Below are positions 9,082 to 21,300 of a DNA stretch of 64,000 nt, one piece after another. Numbering within the stretch: position 1 is the first letter of the stretch; each line of letters begins with the position of its first letter. Origin of the DNA: an uncultured Gammaproteobacteria bacterium. GTDB taxonomy: Bacteria > Patescibacteriota > Patescibacteriia > SG8-24. The stretch covers positions 8,766 to 72,765 of the forward strand of contig CAZBFO010000003.1 of the NCBI GenBank assembly GCA_964491475.1, in the 5' to 3' direction. The position numbers and the translations under genes were made by a program. The notes below the pieces were generated by a model that was not told the origin of the DNA, made no database searches, and saw only the letters and a list, made by a program, of their open reading frames with translations.

Positions 9082-9110
9082 ATCGTACCTTAAAAAGGCC
9101 GTTTTGTCAA
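9082..9110 (-). promoter_or_regulatory. sigma70-like promoter (TTGACA-17-TACGAT) with AAAACGGCCTTTTT spacer motif
   Basis: Minus strand: ttgacaaaacggcctttttaaggtacgat; about 45 nt upstream of the metallophosphoesterase ATG. Confidence 0.5.
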
Positions 9111-9125
9111 TCCTGTCGCTTGGTA

Positions 9126-9154
9126 TTCGGGACATTTGACGCCCTAGCCTTAAT
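9126..9154 (+). promoter_or_regulatory. sigma70-like promoter for rpsU (TTGACG-17-TACGAT), divergent from the previous one
   Basis: ttgacg at 9126-9131, 17-nt spacer, tacgat at 9149-9154. Confidence 0.45.
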
Positions 9155-9211
9155 TGAGTACGATGCATCTACGGAAGTATCCCCACGCGCCGCAGGCGCA
9201 AAGAAAGAGAG

Positions 9212-9472
9212 GTGACTATTGTGGCTGAAGTGAAACGAAAGAAAGGTGAAAGCTTTGAGAGCCTTCTGCGCCGGTTTAGCCGGAAAGTGCAGGACAGCGG
9301 CAAGCTTCTTCAGAAAAAGAAGATTCGGTACCACTCGCGCGACAAGTCCAAGACCGCAGTGCGAGCCGCAGCCCTTCGTCGCGAATATCTGCGCGCCAAG
9401 CGCGATTTCTTGATCAAGTCTGGTCAGGCAACCGAAGAAGATTTCCGCCCGAAGCGCGGAGGTCGCCGTTAA
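9212..9472 (+). CDS. rpsU: 30S ribosomal protein S21 (GTG start)
   Basis: 86 aa basic protein; V.V...E.FE..LRRF.R motif; preceded by aagaaagagagg RBS. Confidence 0.8.
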   Translation: MTIVAEVKRKKGESFESLLRRFSRKVQDSGKLLQKKKIRYHSRDKSKTAVRAAALRREYLRAKRDFLIKSGQATEEDFRPKRGGRR

Positions 9473-9484
9473 ACCCGTACCGCG

Positions 9485-9937
9485 ATGACTACCCGAGAGC
9501 GCATCGAAAGCGACTTCACCAGGGAATTCAAAGCACGCAACGCATCCGCCGTGTCCGCACTGCGGATGCTTCGCGCCGCCGTGAAGAACGTGGAGATCGA
9601 CAAGATGCACGCGCTTTCGGAGGAAGAGGTCGTCGACGTGGTCGGCAGGGAGGTCAAGAAACTCCGCGACGGTCTTGAATCGTTCAAGGCTGGCGGACGC
9701 GACGATCTTGCGGCGGGAGTCGCCGCCGAGATCGCGCTGATCGAGACCTACCTCCCGGCCCAGCTCGATGACGCAGCACTGGGTGAACTGGTAGGGAAGA
9801 CCGCGGCCGGCTTGGGTCCGCTCACCGAAAAGGACTTCGGACGGCTCATGAAGGAAGTCATGAAGGCCGCAGCCGGGAAGGCGGACGGGCAAAAGGTCAG
9901 CGCCGCCGTAAAGTCGGCCCTGGCACCAAAGACGTAG
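9485..9937 (+). CDS. yqeY: GatB/YqeY domain protein
   Basis: 150 aa; FKARNASAVSALRMLRAAVKNVEID...IETYLP pattern typical of the YqeY family. Confidence 0.85.
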   Translation: MTTRERIESDFTREFKARNASAVSALRMLRAAVKNVEIDKMHALSEEEVVDVVGREVKKLRDGLESFKAGGRDDLAAGVAAEIALIETYLPAQLDDAALGELVGKTAAGLGPLTEKDFGRLMKEVMKAAAGKADGQKVSAAVKSALAPKT

Positions 9938-9990
9938 GCCAATCCTTCGGCACAAACGCATAAACCCGCTTCGAATCTAACCCTTCTCCC

Positions 9991-12339
9991 ATGCTTGGAA
10001 GAGGTGCGAAACGAAAGAACGGGCAGCCCTGGTGGCTGCAAAAGAAGACCGCCTTTTTGACGCTCGCGGTTTTTCTTTTTGTCGGAACGGCGGTGTTCGG
10101 CCATGCTGTTGCCGCGTTCGCGCAGGTCAATGCCAAGGTCGGCCTCGGCGTCGAGTTTGCCACGGCGACCGGGCTGGCTACAGGCGACATCCGCACCTAC
10201 GTCTCCAAGATCATCCGCTACTTCCTGCTGCTGCTCGGCACCATCGCCGTGATCCTTTGCATGTACGCCGGCTTCCTCTGGATGACGGCCGGCGGCAACG
10301 AAGAAAAGATTTCCCAAGCGAAGAAAATCCTGACTAACGCGGTGATCGGCCTGCTCATCATCGTCGCCGCATACGCCATCGTGGCGTTCATCTTGCAATC
10401 TTTGGGCATCGATACCGGAGGGGGAGTGACTTCGAGCGGATCCGGTTCCTCGGGCGCCTTGTCCGGCGGAGGAAACGGCTCCAGTCAGCTGGGCAACGGC
10501 ATCATCGAGTACCACTATCCGGAACCGGGACAGACCGACGTGCCCCGCAACACCAAGATTTCGATCACCTTCAAGAAGCCGCTGGTGCTGTCGTCGGTCA
10601 TCAAGAACTACAACGACAAGGGCACTTATGATCCTTCCGACGACCTGCTGTGCGCCAGCGGCAATACTTGCGCTACCGGTACCGCGATTACCTCCGGCAC
10701 GGTGCTTTCCCTGAACACCGATAACATCAAGATCATTCCCAACAGCGCCTTGTTGCCTGGCGGTTCGGGCACTATCGACCAGCAATTCACCAATCGGTAT
10801 CCTGCCGCCTCGACCTCTGACGCCACCTCTCGCTTCACCGCCGTGGTGGTGCCGATGACCGCCGGTCAGCAGCAGACCATCGTGCTCAAGCCGGTGGCGC
10901 CGATCGGTTCCGCCACCGAGAACGTGAACTATCGCGTGGCGCTGCGCGGCGGCGACAACGGCGTGAAGGCCTGGACGCTCCCCGCCACCGGCGCGACGCC
11001 CGTTGCCGGTGCGGCCTTCTCGCGCACCTATGCCGACGGCGGCTATTACTGGTCTTTCACCACCAGCACCATCATCGACGTGACGCCGCCGCAGATCACC
11101 TCGGTCGTCTCTTCGACCTCGTACCCGGTCGGAACGCCGAGCACTTCGATCCTGTACCGCAACCAGTTGCTGCAGATCTACTTTAACGAAGCCATCGATC
11201 CGACCACTTCTACCGGCATCATCGGCACCGGTCCGGGCGGGGGATTCACGATCATTTCCGTTACGGGTCAGTGCAAGCCGGGCACCTATGATGCCAGCGG
11301 CGTCAACGACCCGACGAAGTGCGTCTTCAACGGCGGCAATCCCGGTTCCATCGACGGTACCGTGGCCATCGGCAATCGCAGCACCACGCTGGAGTTCACG
11401 CCGAGCACCCTCTGCGAAAACGTGCCCCTGAACTCCTGCGGCGAGCAGGTGTTCTGCCTGCCGAAGAACGTTCAGCTGACGGTGCGCGCGCTGGCCGCTT
11501 CCATCGGAGCCAGCGGTCCTTCCTCCATAGCTTCCGACGGCGTCGTCGACATGGCCGATAACTCCATGGACGGCAACCAGAACGGCACGGCAGAAGGTCG
11601 TCCGTCGGCGGTGCAGACCGTCAATCCGGCGAGGACTGCCGACTTCTACCGAAACAACCCGCAGACTGGCACCGACCTGGACACCGTGGACGACAACGCC
11701 AAATGGGACTATTGGGTGGGGGCGGACGTGGATTTGGTGGCCCCGTTCATCACCGAGATGGACCCGATTCCGCTGGGTAACGGCGCTCCGCTGCAGTATC
11801 CGGCCGGACCTTCGCAGGTGCCTCCGGACTTGGTGCCCGCGATCACCTGGAGCAAGGTCATGAGCATCGGCTCCATCCGCACCGGCGCGTTCGACGAATC
11901 GACGAAATCCTACACGCCGCCCACGTCGACGCTTTCGCTCCGTTCAAACGAATGCAAGAAGAACGGCGCCGACGCCTGCAAGCCGGGCGTGGCCTGCGCC
12001 TGCACGCCTGTCGAAGCTCCGGGATACTTCATCGACTCCGGCCTGCCTATAGCGGGATCGAACGGCGCCTTCTTTACCAAGATGCGCTTCCTGCATCCGG
12101 TCCGTCCGTTTTTTACGGCGAACGATCTCGGGTATACTGATGCTGACGTGCTGGCAGGCGCGAACATCCCCATGTACGTGCCCATCTCGCGGGCCCAACT
12201 GCGCGACACCCGGCAGAACTGCTTCTACCCCAGCAAGTACACCTCGTGCAGTACCAATCCTTCCACCGGTCAAACGTCCTGCTGCAACAGCCAAGTGACG
12301 GCAGACGGCACGTTCCTCACTACGTGCACGCCCAACTAG
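9991..12339 (+). CDS. large secreted/surface protein: signal peptide plus two-helix pilin-like (VirB2/TrbC-type architecture) N-terminal module, Ig-like domains, Cys-rich C-terminus
   Basis: 782 aa; N-terminal ~130 aa paralogous to the N-terminus of the following giant ORF (..YAGFLWMTAGGNEEKISQAKKIL..); Ser/Thr/Gly-rich beta-domain-like repeats; C-terminal CCNSQV..C. Confidence 0.8.
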   Translation: MLGRGAKRKNGQPWWLQKKTAFLTLAVFLFVGTAVFGHAVAAFAQVNAKVGLGVEFATATGLATGDIRTYVSKIIRYFLLLLGTIAVILCMYAGFLWMTAGGNEEKISQAKKILTNAVIGLLIIVAAYAIVAFILQSLGIDTGGGVTSSGSGSSGALSGGGNGSSQLGNGIIEYHYPEPGQTDVPRNTKISITFKKPLVLSSVIKNYNDKGTYDPSDDLLCASGNTCATGTAITSGTVLSLNTDNIKIIPNSALLPGGSGTIDQQFTNRYPAASTSDATSRFTAVVVPMTAGQQQTIVLKPVAPIGSATENVNYRVALRGGDNGVKAWTLPATGATPVAGAAFSRTYADGGYYWSFTTSTIIDVTPPQITSVVSSTSYPVGTPSTSILYRNQLLQIYFNEAIDPTTSTGIIGTGPGGGFTIISVTGQCKPGTYDASGVNDPTKCVFNGGNPGSIDGTVAIGNRSTTLEFTPSTLCENVPLNSCGEQVFCLPKNVQLTVRALAASIGASGPSSIASDGVVDMADNSMDGNQNGTAEGRPSAVQTVNPARTADFYRNNPQTGTDLDTVDDNAKWDYWVGADVDLVAPFITEMDPIPLGNGAPLQYPAGPSQVPPDLVPAITWSKVMSIGSIRTGAFDESTKSYTPPTSTLSLRSNECKKNGADACKPGVACACTPVEAPGYFIDSGLPIAGSNGAFFTKMRFLHPVRPFFTANDLGYTDADVLAGANIPMYVPISRAQLRDTRQNCFYPSKYTSCSTNPSTGQTSCCNSQVTADGTFLTTCTPN

Positions 12340-12349
12340 TGCTGACGCA

Positions 12350-15300
12350 ATGACTGCCATGACCACTTTCGTGAAAACCACACTCAAAAAGATTCGGAAC
12401 GCGTCGGCTGCGATAGCCGTCGCGTTTCTGGCGCTTCCGGTGGCCGTGTACGCGGCCGGTCCCGACCTCGGTTTGTCGTATGCAACTGCTACCGGACTGA
12501 CCACCACGGACATCCGCACGGTCATTGCCAGGATCATCAGCTACTTCCTGGGACTGCTCGGGCTGATCGCCCTGCTGCTGATTCTGTATGCGGGCTTCAC
12601 CTGGATGACTGCCGGCGGCAACGAAGAAAAGGTCAGCCAGGCCAAGCGCATCCTCACGCAAGCGGTCATCGGCCTCGTCATCATCATGTCGGCATTCGCC
12701 ATCACGCAGTTCGTCATCGGCGCGATTACCGAGGGAACTTTGGGAGGCAACACCTCGAACAGCGGCTGCACCACTCCGGGGGGGTGCTGCCCCGCCGGCC
12801 AGATCTGCAGCGGCCTGTCCGGAGGAGGGGGATTCAACGTTACCGGCATCACTCCGGCGGGCGCAGGCCCTGGTAATGGCGGCTGGCCCAAGAATTCCTC
12901 GCTCTCGGTCAATTTCAACGCCAACGTCAACATGGCCAGCGCCACCTCCACCAACGTGCAGGTGTTCAAATGCAATCCGCGTTTGGTGAACGGGGCCGCT
13001 TCGCCCTTCAATTACAATTCCTGCAATACGCCGGTGGCCGGCACCATCACCGCTGGCGGCAGCGGCAACCGCATTGACTTCCAGCCGACTGGCACGCCGG
13101 GACCGAACCCGACCGATTTCGAGGCCGATTTCTGGTACAAGATCAGCGTGCAGGGTCAGGCGGTGACCTCGCAGGCCGGCGATCCGCTGCAGTGCCCGCT
13201 TTTCACCTCGGACATTTCTTTGCCGACCGCCCTGAACTCCTATTGCGCTCGCGCCGTGGCTTTCAACGACAAGCGTGACACGCAACCGCCGACGGTCACG
13301 ATCGGCTCTCCGGTCTCGCCGCCCCCGTATTGCGCTTCTTCTTCCGGCGGCAGCCTGGTGCAGGTGATAGCCACGGGCAATGACGACTTCATGGTCGCGG
13401 GCGTCGACTACCTGCTCGACGGCGGCAGTTCCGGCCTGACCGACGTGCGCGGCGTTCCGTTGTCGTCCTCCGTCAACAACGCGGCCGCATTGCCGTTCAA
13501 CTCCGCTGACATCTACGCGGACATCGGCAAGTTGGCGCCGGGCATGCATTCGGTGAGCGCCGTGGCGCGGGACGGCGTGCCGCAGATGAGCTCGACCGCG
13601 CAAACGCAGTTCAAGGTGAACGCGCCGCATTGCTGCAACAACGTGCTCGACACCGCGCAAGGCGAGACCGGCAAGGACTGCGGAGGGGAGTGCGGCTCCT
13701 GCGTCGGAGGGTCCTGCACCGCCACTGCCGATTGCGCCGCGGGTGCGGTCTGCGTCAGCGGCAAATGCGTTACGCAGCCGACGATCACCAGCATCAACAC
13801 CTATTCCGCCGGGCCCGGCACGTACATCACCATCAAGGGAACCGGTTTCGGCACGATTGCCGGCACGGTCACGTTCCTCGGCGCCGCCGGCGACGGCGAC
13901 GACAAGATCGCGCAGGCCTGCGCCGCCAACCAGGGCTGGTCCGACACGCAGGTCATCGTGATCGTCCCTGCGGGCGCAGTCGACGGTCCCATCAAGCTGG
14001 CCGCATCGACGGGATTCGACGCCACCAACGATGCCAACGGCCCGCAGCTGCCTGATTTCAAGATCACTACCGCGACCGCCCCCGGCATCTGCTATCTCGA
14101 TCCGGCTTCCGGAGCTGCTGGCACCAAGTTTGCCATCAACGGCGCGGGCTTCGGGGCTACCATCGGCACGAGCTTCGTGCAGGTGGGATCGACGCAGGCG
14201 ACTGTCGTGACCTGCGGCACGGGCGATACCGACTGCGGTTGGAGCGACTCCCGCATCTGGGTGACGACGCCGCCGATCGCCGAAGGGGATTATCCCGTCA
14301 CTGCAACCGTCAACGGCACGCTTTCCAATCCGAGCACCTACGTGATCAGGCCGGCAGACCCGTTGGCCAGGCCCACCGTCACCGGTGTCATTCCCGAATC
14401 CGGCCCCGTCGGCACCTATGTCACCATCCAAGGTCTGCACTTCGGCACGCGCAAGGGCGTGGTGAAGTTCCTTTACGGCTCCGGCCTCACGGCCGAGGTC
14501 GCCCTTTCCGACGATCCCGTCTGCAGCGACAACTGGCACGACAACTACATCATCGTGAAGGTGCCGGCCAAATATAAGAGCACCTTGCCCGTCAACGCCT
14601 CCAACGCGGGCGTGTCGCATGGCATCCAAGTGGAGACGTCGACGCCCACGCAGATCAGCAACAACAATATTTCTTTCGGCGTGAACTTGGATCCGCTGCG
14701 CCCCGGCATCTGCTCGCTCAAGCCGGACAACGGTCCGGCTGCCAGCAATGTGACCGTGAACGGCGAAGGGTTCAACGGGGGAGGGCAGACGCCGTCTTCG
14801 CCGGGAGCCGCCTCCTCGCCACGGTTCAGCCTTGAATTCTACAAGACCGTCGGCAAGCACTGTCTCTACAGCCCGGCGACCGCCTGCGACGCATTGGCGC
14901 TCGGCACGGCCTGTCCCACTTCGGGTCAGGGCGTTTGCGTCCCCAACACCTTGCCTGCGCCGTTGTTCCGCAGCTGGAGCGACACCACGATCGAAGGGGT
15001 GGTCGCCGGCATTACCACCGACAAGGCCACCTGGCCGAAGACCGGTCCGGTGTACGTCATCGCCAACAACCAGTTGAGCGCCAACGCGGTACCGTTCACC
15101 GTGCAGGACTGCAACCAGGCGGGCATCACTTGCCCCGTCGGCAATCAGTGCTGCTCGAACGGCGCCTGCCAGACCAGCTGCGTGCCTGCCGCCAAGACCA
15201 GCGCCTACGGCTGGCAGTTCAGCACCAGCGTGCTGCCTGCGCTGCCCTATGTCATCGAGCGTGCGCAATGCGACATCGATGCCAAGCTGTTCCAGAGCCC

Positions 15301-18300
15301 GTCGCCGGCGCACGACAGTCAGGATGCCTGCAAGAACGCCCAGGCATACTTCGAGTTCAGCAGGCCGCTCGACACCTCGACCATCAGCAACTCGACCGTG
15401 AAGGCGGACAAATGCGGCACCGGCGATACGCCTGACTGCACGACACCGGTTTCCGTCGCCATGACCATCGGTCAGTCGTCTTTTACCGGTTGCGACGCCC
15501 TGAATCCCGCAAATTGTACCGGCTTCCAGACGCAGCCGAGTCCCGGCTACAACGGCGGCTTCTGGGAAAAGAAGGCCTGGTACCGTGTCACGCTGGTTTC
15601 CAATCCCGCGACCGGCATCGGTCTCCGGGAACCGGGTCCCACGGGTAAGTTCCTGGACGGAGATTTGGACAAGAAGCAGGGCGGCAACTACGTCACCATG
15701 TTCCGCGTTCGCGACAGCGATGACCCGTGCCAGATCGCCAACGTGCTCGTGGCGGCTTCTCGCCAGCTCATCGCCGACGACCAGAACCCCATCGGCTTCA
15801 ACGCCAACCCCATTGCCGCGAACTGCAACGTCCTCACCTGCGACGACAATCAGTACAACATTTCCTGGATTGCCGTTCCGGCCTACCTGACCACCAACAT
15901 CGCGCCGATGTCCCAGCCGACGTCGCAGTGCACCCGAAAGGCGTTGGCGCTCAAGGAGACTCCTCCGGGCCTGACGACCCCGTTCACTGCCACGATGTCC
16001 TCCAAGCCCTCGGGTCCGCCGAAGTCCGGCCAATCCGACGTCACGGTGAAGTTTGCCGATCCGAAGGTCATCGCCGTGAGTCCTACCAACGGCTGCACGC
16101 AGGCATGCATCAACGCGGCGATAACCGCGACGTTCAACGTGCCGATGAACGCCGCTTCGTTGAGCGCGTCCAACGTGCAGGTGCAGATCTGCCGCAACGA
16201 CACCTGCGCGCCGCCGTACCTGCCGTTGCCGAACGGTTTCACCTACACCACCTCCTTGTCACCGGACGGCTTCAAGCTGACGGTCAACAAGTCGATGGAC
16301 TTCGCCGTCAACACCTCGTACATCGTGCGCATCCTCGGCGACAATCCGGCTACGCCGGCGATCGAGGGCGCCTACAGCTTGAGCGGCGTGCCGCTTTCCG
16401 GCCTCAACGACGGCCAGAGCTTCTCTTGGAAGTTCCGCACCAAGAACGACCCCTCGCGCTGTGCCGTGGCCAGCACCAAGCTTGAACCCAAATCGGCAAT
16501 CCTGCGGTTCGTAGGTGACAGGGAGGACCTGACCGGCACCGGTTACGGTTCGGCCGATGCCTGCAATCCCGACGGTCAGGAACTCGACACCAGCACCACC
16601 AACTGGCTGTGGACTTTCGACAACCCGAATTTGGTGCTGCAAGGTTTCGTCCATGGCGACGATCTGGCCGGTCCGTACCAGTTCTGGAAGCCGGAAGTGA
16701 AAGCGACGCAATCCACCGTGGTCGACACCAAGCCGCATCCGGTGCTCGGTTGCAGCTCCAGCTGCCTCTACTCCGGCTCGCAGGATTCCTTGCCGGCCTG
16801 CGGCGACGGCATCGTCGACAGCAAGTTCGAGGCATGCGACCTTGGTCCCGCCAACGGCACCGGTCCGTGCAACAAGAACTGCACCTGGCGCGGCAATACC
16901 GCGGCAAACGGCTGCGGTGACGGCAACGTCGACCCCACCAAGGGAGAGGAGTGCGACATGATCAGCGGCGTGTTCCCGCCGGGCTGCAAGAAGCCCGACG
17001 TGGTCGATCCGAACGGCATCTTCGCCACCAACATCGGCTGCATCATGACCGGCGCTTCGACCGTGCCGGGGACGCAGTGCGGCAACGGCCTGATCGGCGA
17101 CGGCGAAGAGTGCGACGACGGCAGCTTGAGCAACGGCGACGGCTGCAACTCGGACTGTCTGCTTGAAGGTTCGCGTCCGTCATGCGTAATCGATCCGACC
17201 AATCCGCAGTGCATCGGCGTCTGCGGCAACGGCAAGCTGGAACCCGGCGAAGACCCTGATTGCGAGAAGGCAGGCGTTTCGCCGTCCACGCTCAACTGCA
17301 GCCCACACACTTGCCTCAAGAACGGCACTTCGGCTTGTGGCACGCCAAACGACCTCAACTGCTGCGGTAATGGCAAGGCTGATCCGGGCGAAGACCCCGC
17401 ATGCGACACCGTCAACGGCATTCCCCTGTACTGCACCACGCGATGCCTGCTCAAAGGCTCCTCGGCTTTCTACGACAAGCCGTCGTTCTGCGGTGACGGC
17501 TACAAGGGAGCGGGGGAAGTGGCTTCCTGCGAGCCCACCGGCAACGGCGACGGTAACACCGACGGCTACCAGGCGACGGTGGCCAACACCCAGCCCGGCT
17601 TCGACGCCACCAATCCGGCCGGCAGCATGAGCACGGTGAAGGGTTCGATTGCCGGCGTCAGCGACGCCAAATCCGGCCGATCCCAGATCACGCTTAGCTG
17701 CACCTGCAAGAACGAGCCTGTAAATTCCCAGGACACCTTCTGCGCCAACCTCCGCCCCGACTTGGCTTGCGCCGACAACGGCTGCTGCATGCCCAGGCCG
17801 ACGGTGGAACGCGTGGAGCCGACCACCTTCAACTCGTGCCGCAACGCGCTTGTGACCATGGTGTTCAGCGAGGTCATGGATGACTCCTCCGTCACCAAGA
17901 ACTTCATGATCGGCTTCGGCAACGGCAACGACGCTTGCCCGCAAGGGACCGTCGAAGTGCCTGCCGCCTACGTGCCGCAGTCTTTCTGGGTACGGTTGTG
18001 GCAGGGGATGGTCAACTTCCTGAAGGACACCTTCATCCGTCCCGTCTTCGGCGTCAGCGGCAACGACGCCGGTTACGACCAGCAGAAATTCTGCAGCGTC
18101 AAGGGCAACGCGATCATGTTCGTCGACGGTACCGGTCCGACCAAGAAATCGGTGCTGACCTTCACGCCTTCCCACGCTTACCCGACAGACAAGTACATGC
18201 GCATTCGCCTGAACGCCGGTGCCAAATCCGCCAGGGGCGTGCCTTTGTCCATCACGAATACCAGCGGTGCAGGCGGTTATACCGCTTACTTCGGCACCGG

Positions 18301-21300
18301 TTCCACGATTTGCGCCGTCCAGAAGGTGACGGTCAATCCGCCGTCCATCCTGCTTTCGTCGGTCGATGACCAGCAGGTCGTCATGGCAAACGCCGTGGCT
18401 GCCGGCGGGCAGGCCATCGCGCCTACGCCCGAATACGCCTGGGGCTGGTCATGGGACACGTATCCCTCGCAGCCGGTCTCCACGGCCGCCCCGCTGGTGA
18501 TTACCCCTCGCGTCTCCAACATCACCGCCTGCTCCCTCGGTGCCAAGTGCACCGCTGCCGGCGGCTGTCCGTGCTACATCGATTCCGGTTCGGCCCTGTG
18601 TACCGTTGCCGGCGGCGCCGATTCCTGCACGGGCACCGTCACTGAAACCCTGCCGATTGCCGATCTGCGCGTTCGCGGCTCCAAGGCCGCAGACGGCGCC
18701 TATTCGCCGAAGAACAGCAAGGGGCAGCTGCCGATCAACGCCAAGGCGGTCATCGCCAACGAATGCGTGCTGCCGTCGGTCTGCACCTCGCCCTCGGGTT
18801 GCAACTGCGGCGTCGGCCCGTCCTCCTGCACGGTCATCAACGGCGCCACGTCCTGCGCGGTTCTCTCCGGTTCGGGCGTCTCCGTAATCAGCTCGCAAAC
18901 CACCACGGGCACCGGTTCCGCCGTGGTAATGCTCTGCAAGCACCCGTGGCCGAATTATCACGCCTGTGTCGGTCAAGGTTGCTATACGGACATCTGGGAG
19001 CCGTATTCTCCGTTGGAATTCCCCGGCGTGGCCTTCTACTACTGCCGCGATTTGGGCAAGACGGGCGCCACATCGATGGCGCCTGGGCAGCCTGTCGCGG
19101 ACGCCGCCGGGGGAACGAAGCCTGCCAAGTCCGCCTTGCTCGCCGGCTCCACTGCTCCCGCGACCACGCTGCCGTGTCTCAAGGAGACTCCCGCCAGCGT
19201 AGCGGCGCCGGTACCGGGCATTCTTCGCGAGTACCTGTTCACTTATGAGTCGAATCTTAGCAATTGCCCTGATGGTCCGCAGTCTGCGGGCGCGCCATGG
19301 CTAAACGACGCTTTCGGCCTGCGCGTTTCGTCGAACGAGAAGCACGTGAGCATCGGCGATTGGTACTTCGGCCGAGGTTTCCGCGGCAATCCGACCCCGA
19401 AGGCGGTTGACGGTTATGGCGCCCTTAGCGAGGGCCGAACCACCTACGTCAGCGCCGCATTCCGAAAGGCAAGCTCGCAGAAGCTCTACACCAACTCATA
19501 CATCCTCTCGTACAGCGACAATTCCGCTCCGGAGACTTCCGCCATCTACGACCAGATACTAGCGAACGTCGATTTCAATGCGGATCCCGACCTGCAGAAC
19601 TTCGGCGCGTGCCGCCTCGGTCCGTCGCGAACCGACGCCATGGTGCTTTGCACCGTCGATAACGACTGCCGCGTCGACAGCTTCGGCAGGCCCGTTCCCG
19701 GCCGTGAGCAGTACAAGTGCGACGCGGCGACCCATACCGGGTGCGTCACCGATAAAAACGTCGCCGCGCCTGATGCCGGCAACCCTGTCGCTTGCGGCAC
19801 CGATTACGACTGCCTCGTCGGCGCTGGCGGCACTTCGCTGAATCGCCCCGCAACGGTCACCTGCGACGTGCCCAAGGCCAAGCTCACGCGCGACGTGAAG
19901 CGATGGTCCGACCTGCTGTCGCTGCGCGATTCGCTGGTCGCCAAGGCGACGGAGACCGGCTCGTTCCCCAAACTTGATGCCGGAACCTTCCTGCGCGCCC
20001 AAACGAACAGCACTTGGCCTTCGTGGGGTGATGCGTTCGCCAAGGGCGTCGGCGGTACCGTGCCGAACGATCCTGTGAACCAGCATGCCGTCTGCGCGGG
20101 TCCGAACCAGCCTTACGACCCCAAGACCTGCTGGGATGCCAACAGGCGTCAGTACGTCTGTCCTCAAGGTTCGCACGTCTACGAGTACCAGAGTTTCGGC
20201 GGCGTCGACTTCTGGCTGCGCAACGATTTCGAGTACGACGTGCTCGGCGATTCCTGGGCCGGCGGCACCTGCCTCGACAAGACCGATCTCGCCTCCTGCA
20301 TCGCCGATCCGATGTGCGGCGGCACCTGCAGCAACAACAAGGCGCAATCTTGCACCGACAGCGGAGATTGCAACGGCGGCACCTGCCAGGTTCCGTGCAA
20401 CTTCCGACTCGGCAAGGTCATCTTCGGCGCAGGGAATTCTGCTTCCTGCCAGGGCGTGCCGATCAGCCCGACCAGTGGCGGTTCCTGCGGTGACGGCATC
20501 CTGCAGGACAACCAGTCTGATCCCGCCAAGAACGAAGTCTGTGAAATCCGCATGACCCAGTCGCAGGCCTGCAACTCCGACCCTGCTAAGCTGGTACAGA
20601 AGCAGGGTGCTTATACGCAGACCTGCAATTCGCAGTGCAACGGCTGGGTGACGCAGGGCGTGTGCACCGCAAGCAGCCAACGTGCCGGGTTTATCTGCGT
20701 CACGAGCGCTGATTGCGGCACGGGCGGTTCCTGCATCACCTGGACCGATTTCCGCTGCAACGGCGAGGCGGGCAACGCCAAGAACGGCGCCGCCTGCGTC
20801 AAGGATTCCGACTGCACTGATGGCGCCAAGAAGGGCGTCTGCGCCAGCGCATGCCAAGGCGGCCGATGCGGCGACGGCGCCGTGCAGGCTCCCGAGCAGT
20901 GCGATGACGGCGCGTTGAACGGCACCTACGGTCATTGCAAGGCGGACTGCACCGCAGTCGGCTTCTCCTGCGGTGACTCGCTGCGCCAGCCCAACGAGGC
21001 TTGTGACTGCGGCGGCGCCAACGGCCAATATGCCTTCAACGGCATCAAGGCCGCGGCGTCCAACACCAATGCTCCCAACCAGTGTCTCCAGAACCCGGCC
21101 GGTTTCAACGTTTACTCGTGCTCTTGGGACTGCAGCGGCGCGGGTCCGCGCTGCGGCGACGGCATAGTCAACGGCACCGCCGAAAAGTGCGACGGCGGCT
21201 TCGAGGAGTTCAAGGGATTCTGCAACGATGCCGCCCAGACGGGCTGCAACGCCACTGCGAACTGCCCCGCGATCGGTACATGCGTTGGCGGCAAATGCAG

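Noticed and set aside
12320-16033. 1237-aa ORF on the minus strand; similar long antisense ORFs at 935..2476(+), 4842..6158(-), 19559..21787(-), 24558..25685(-), 41615..43062(+), 43725..45701(-), 50836..53187(-), 53655..54998(+), 55703..57280(+), 57054..59342(+) and 61691..63700(-)
   Set aside because: Arg/Gly/Ala-rich translations with no motifs, lying exactly opposite genes with strong family signatures. These are typical shadow ORFs of high-GC DNA, so the opposite strand was annotated in each case.
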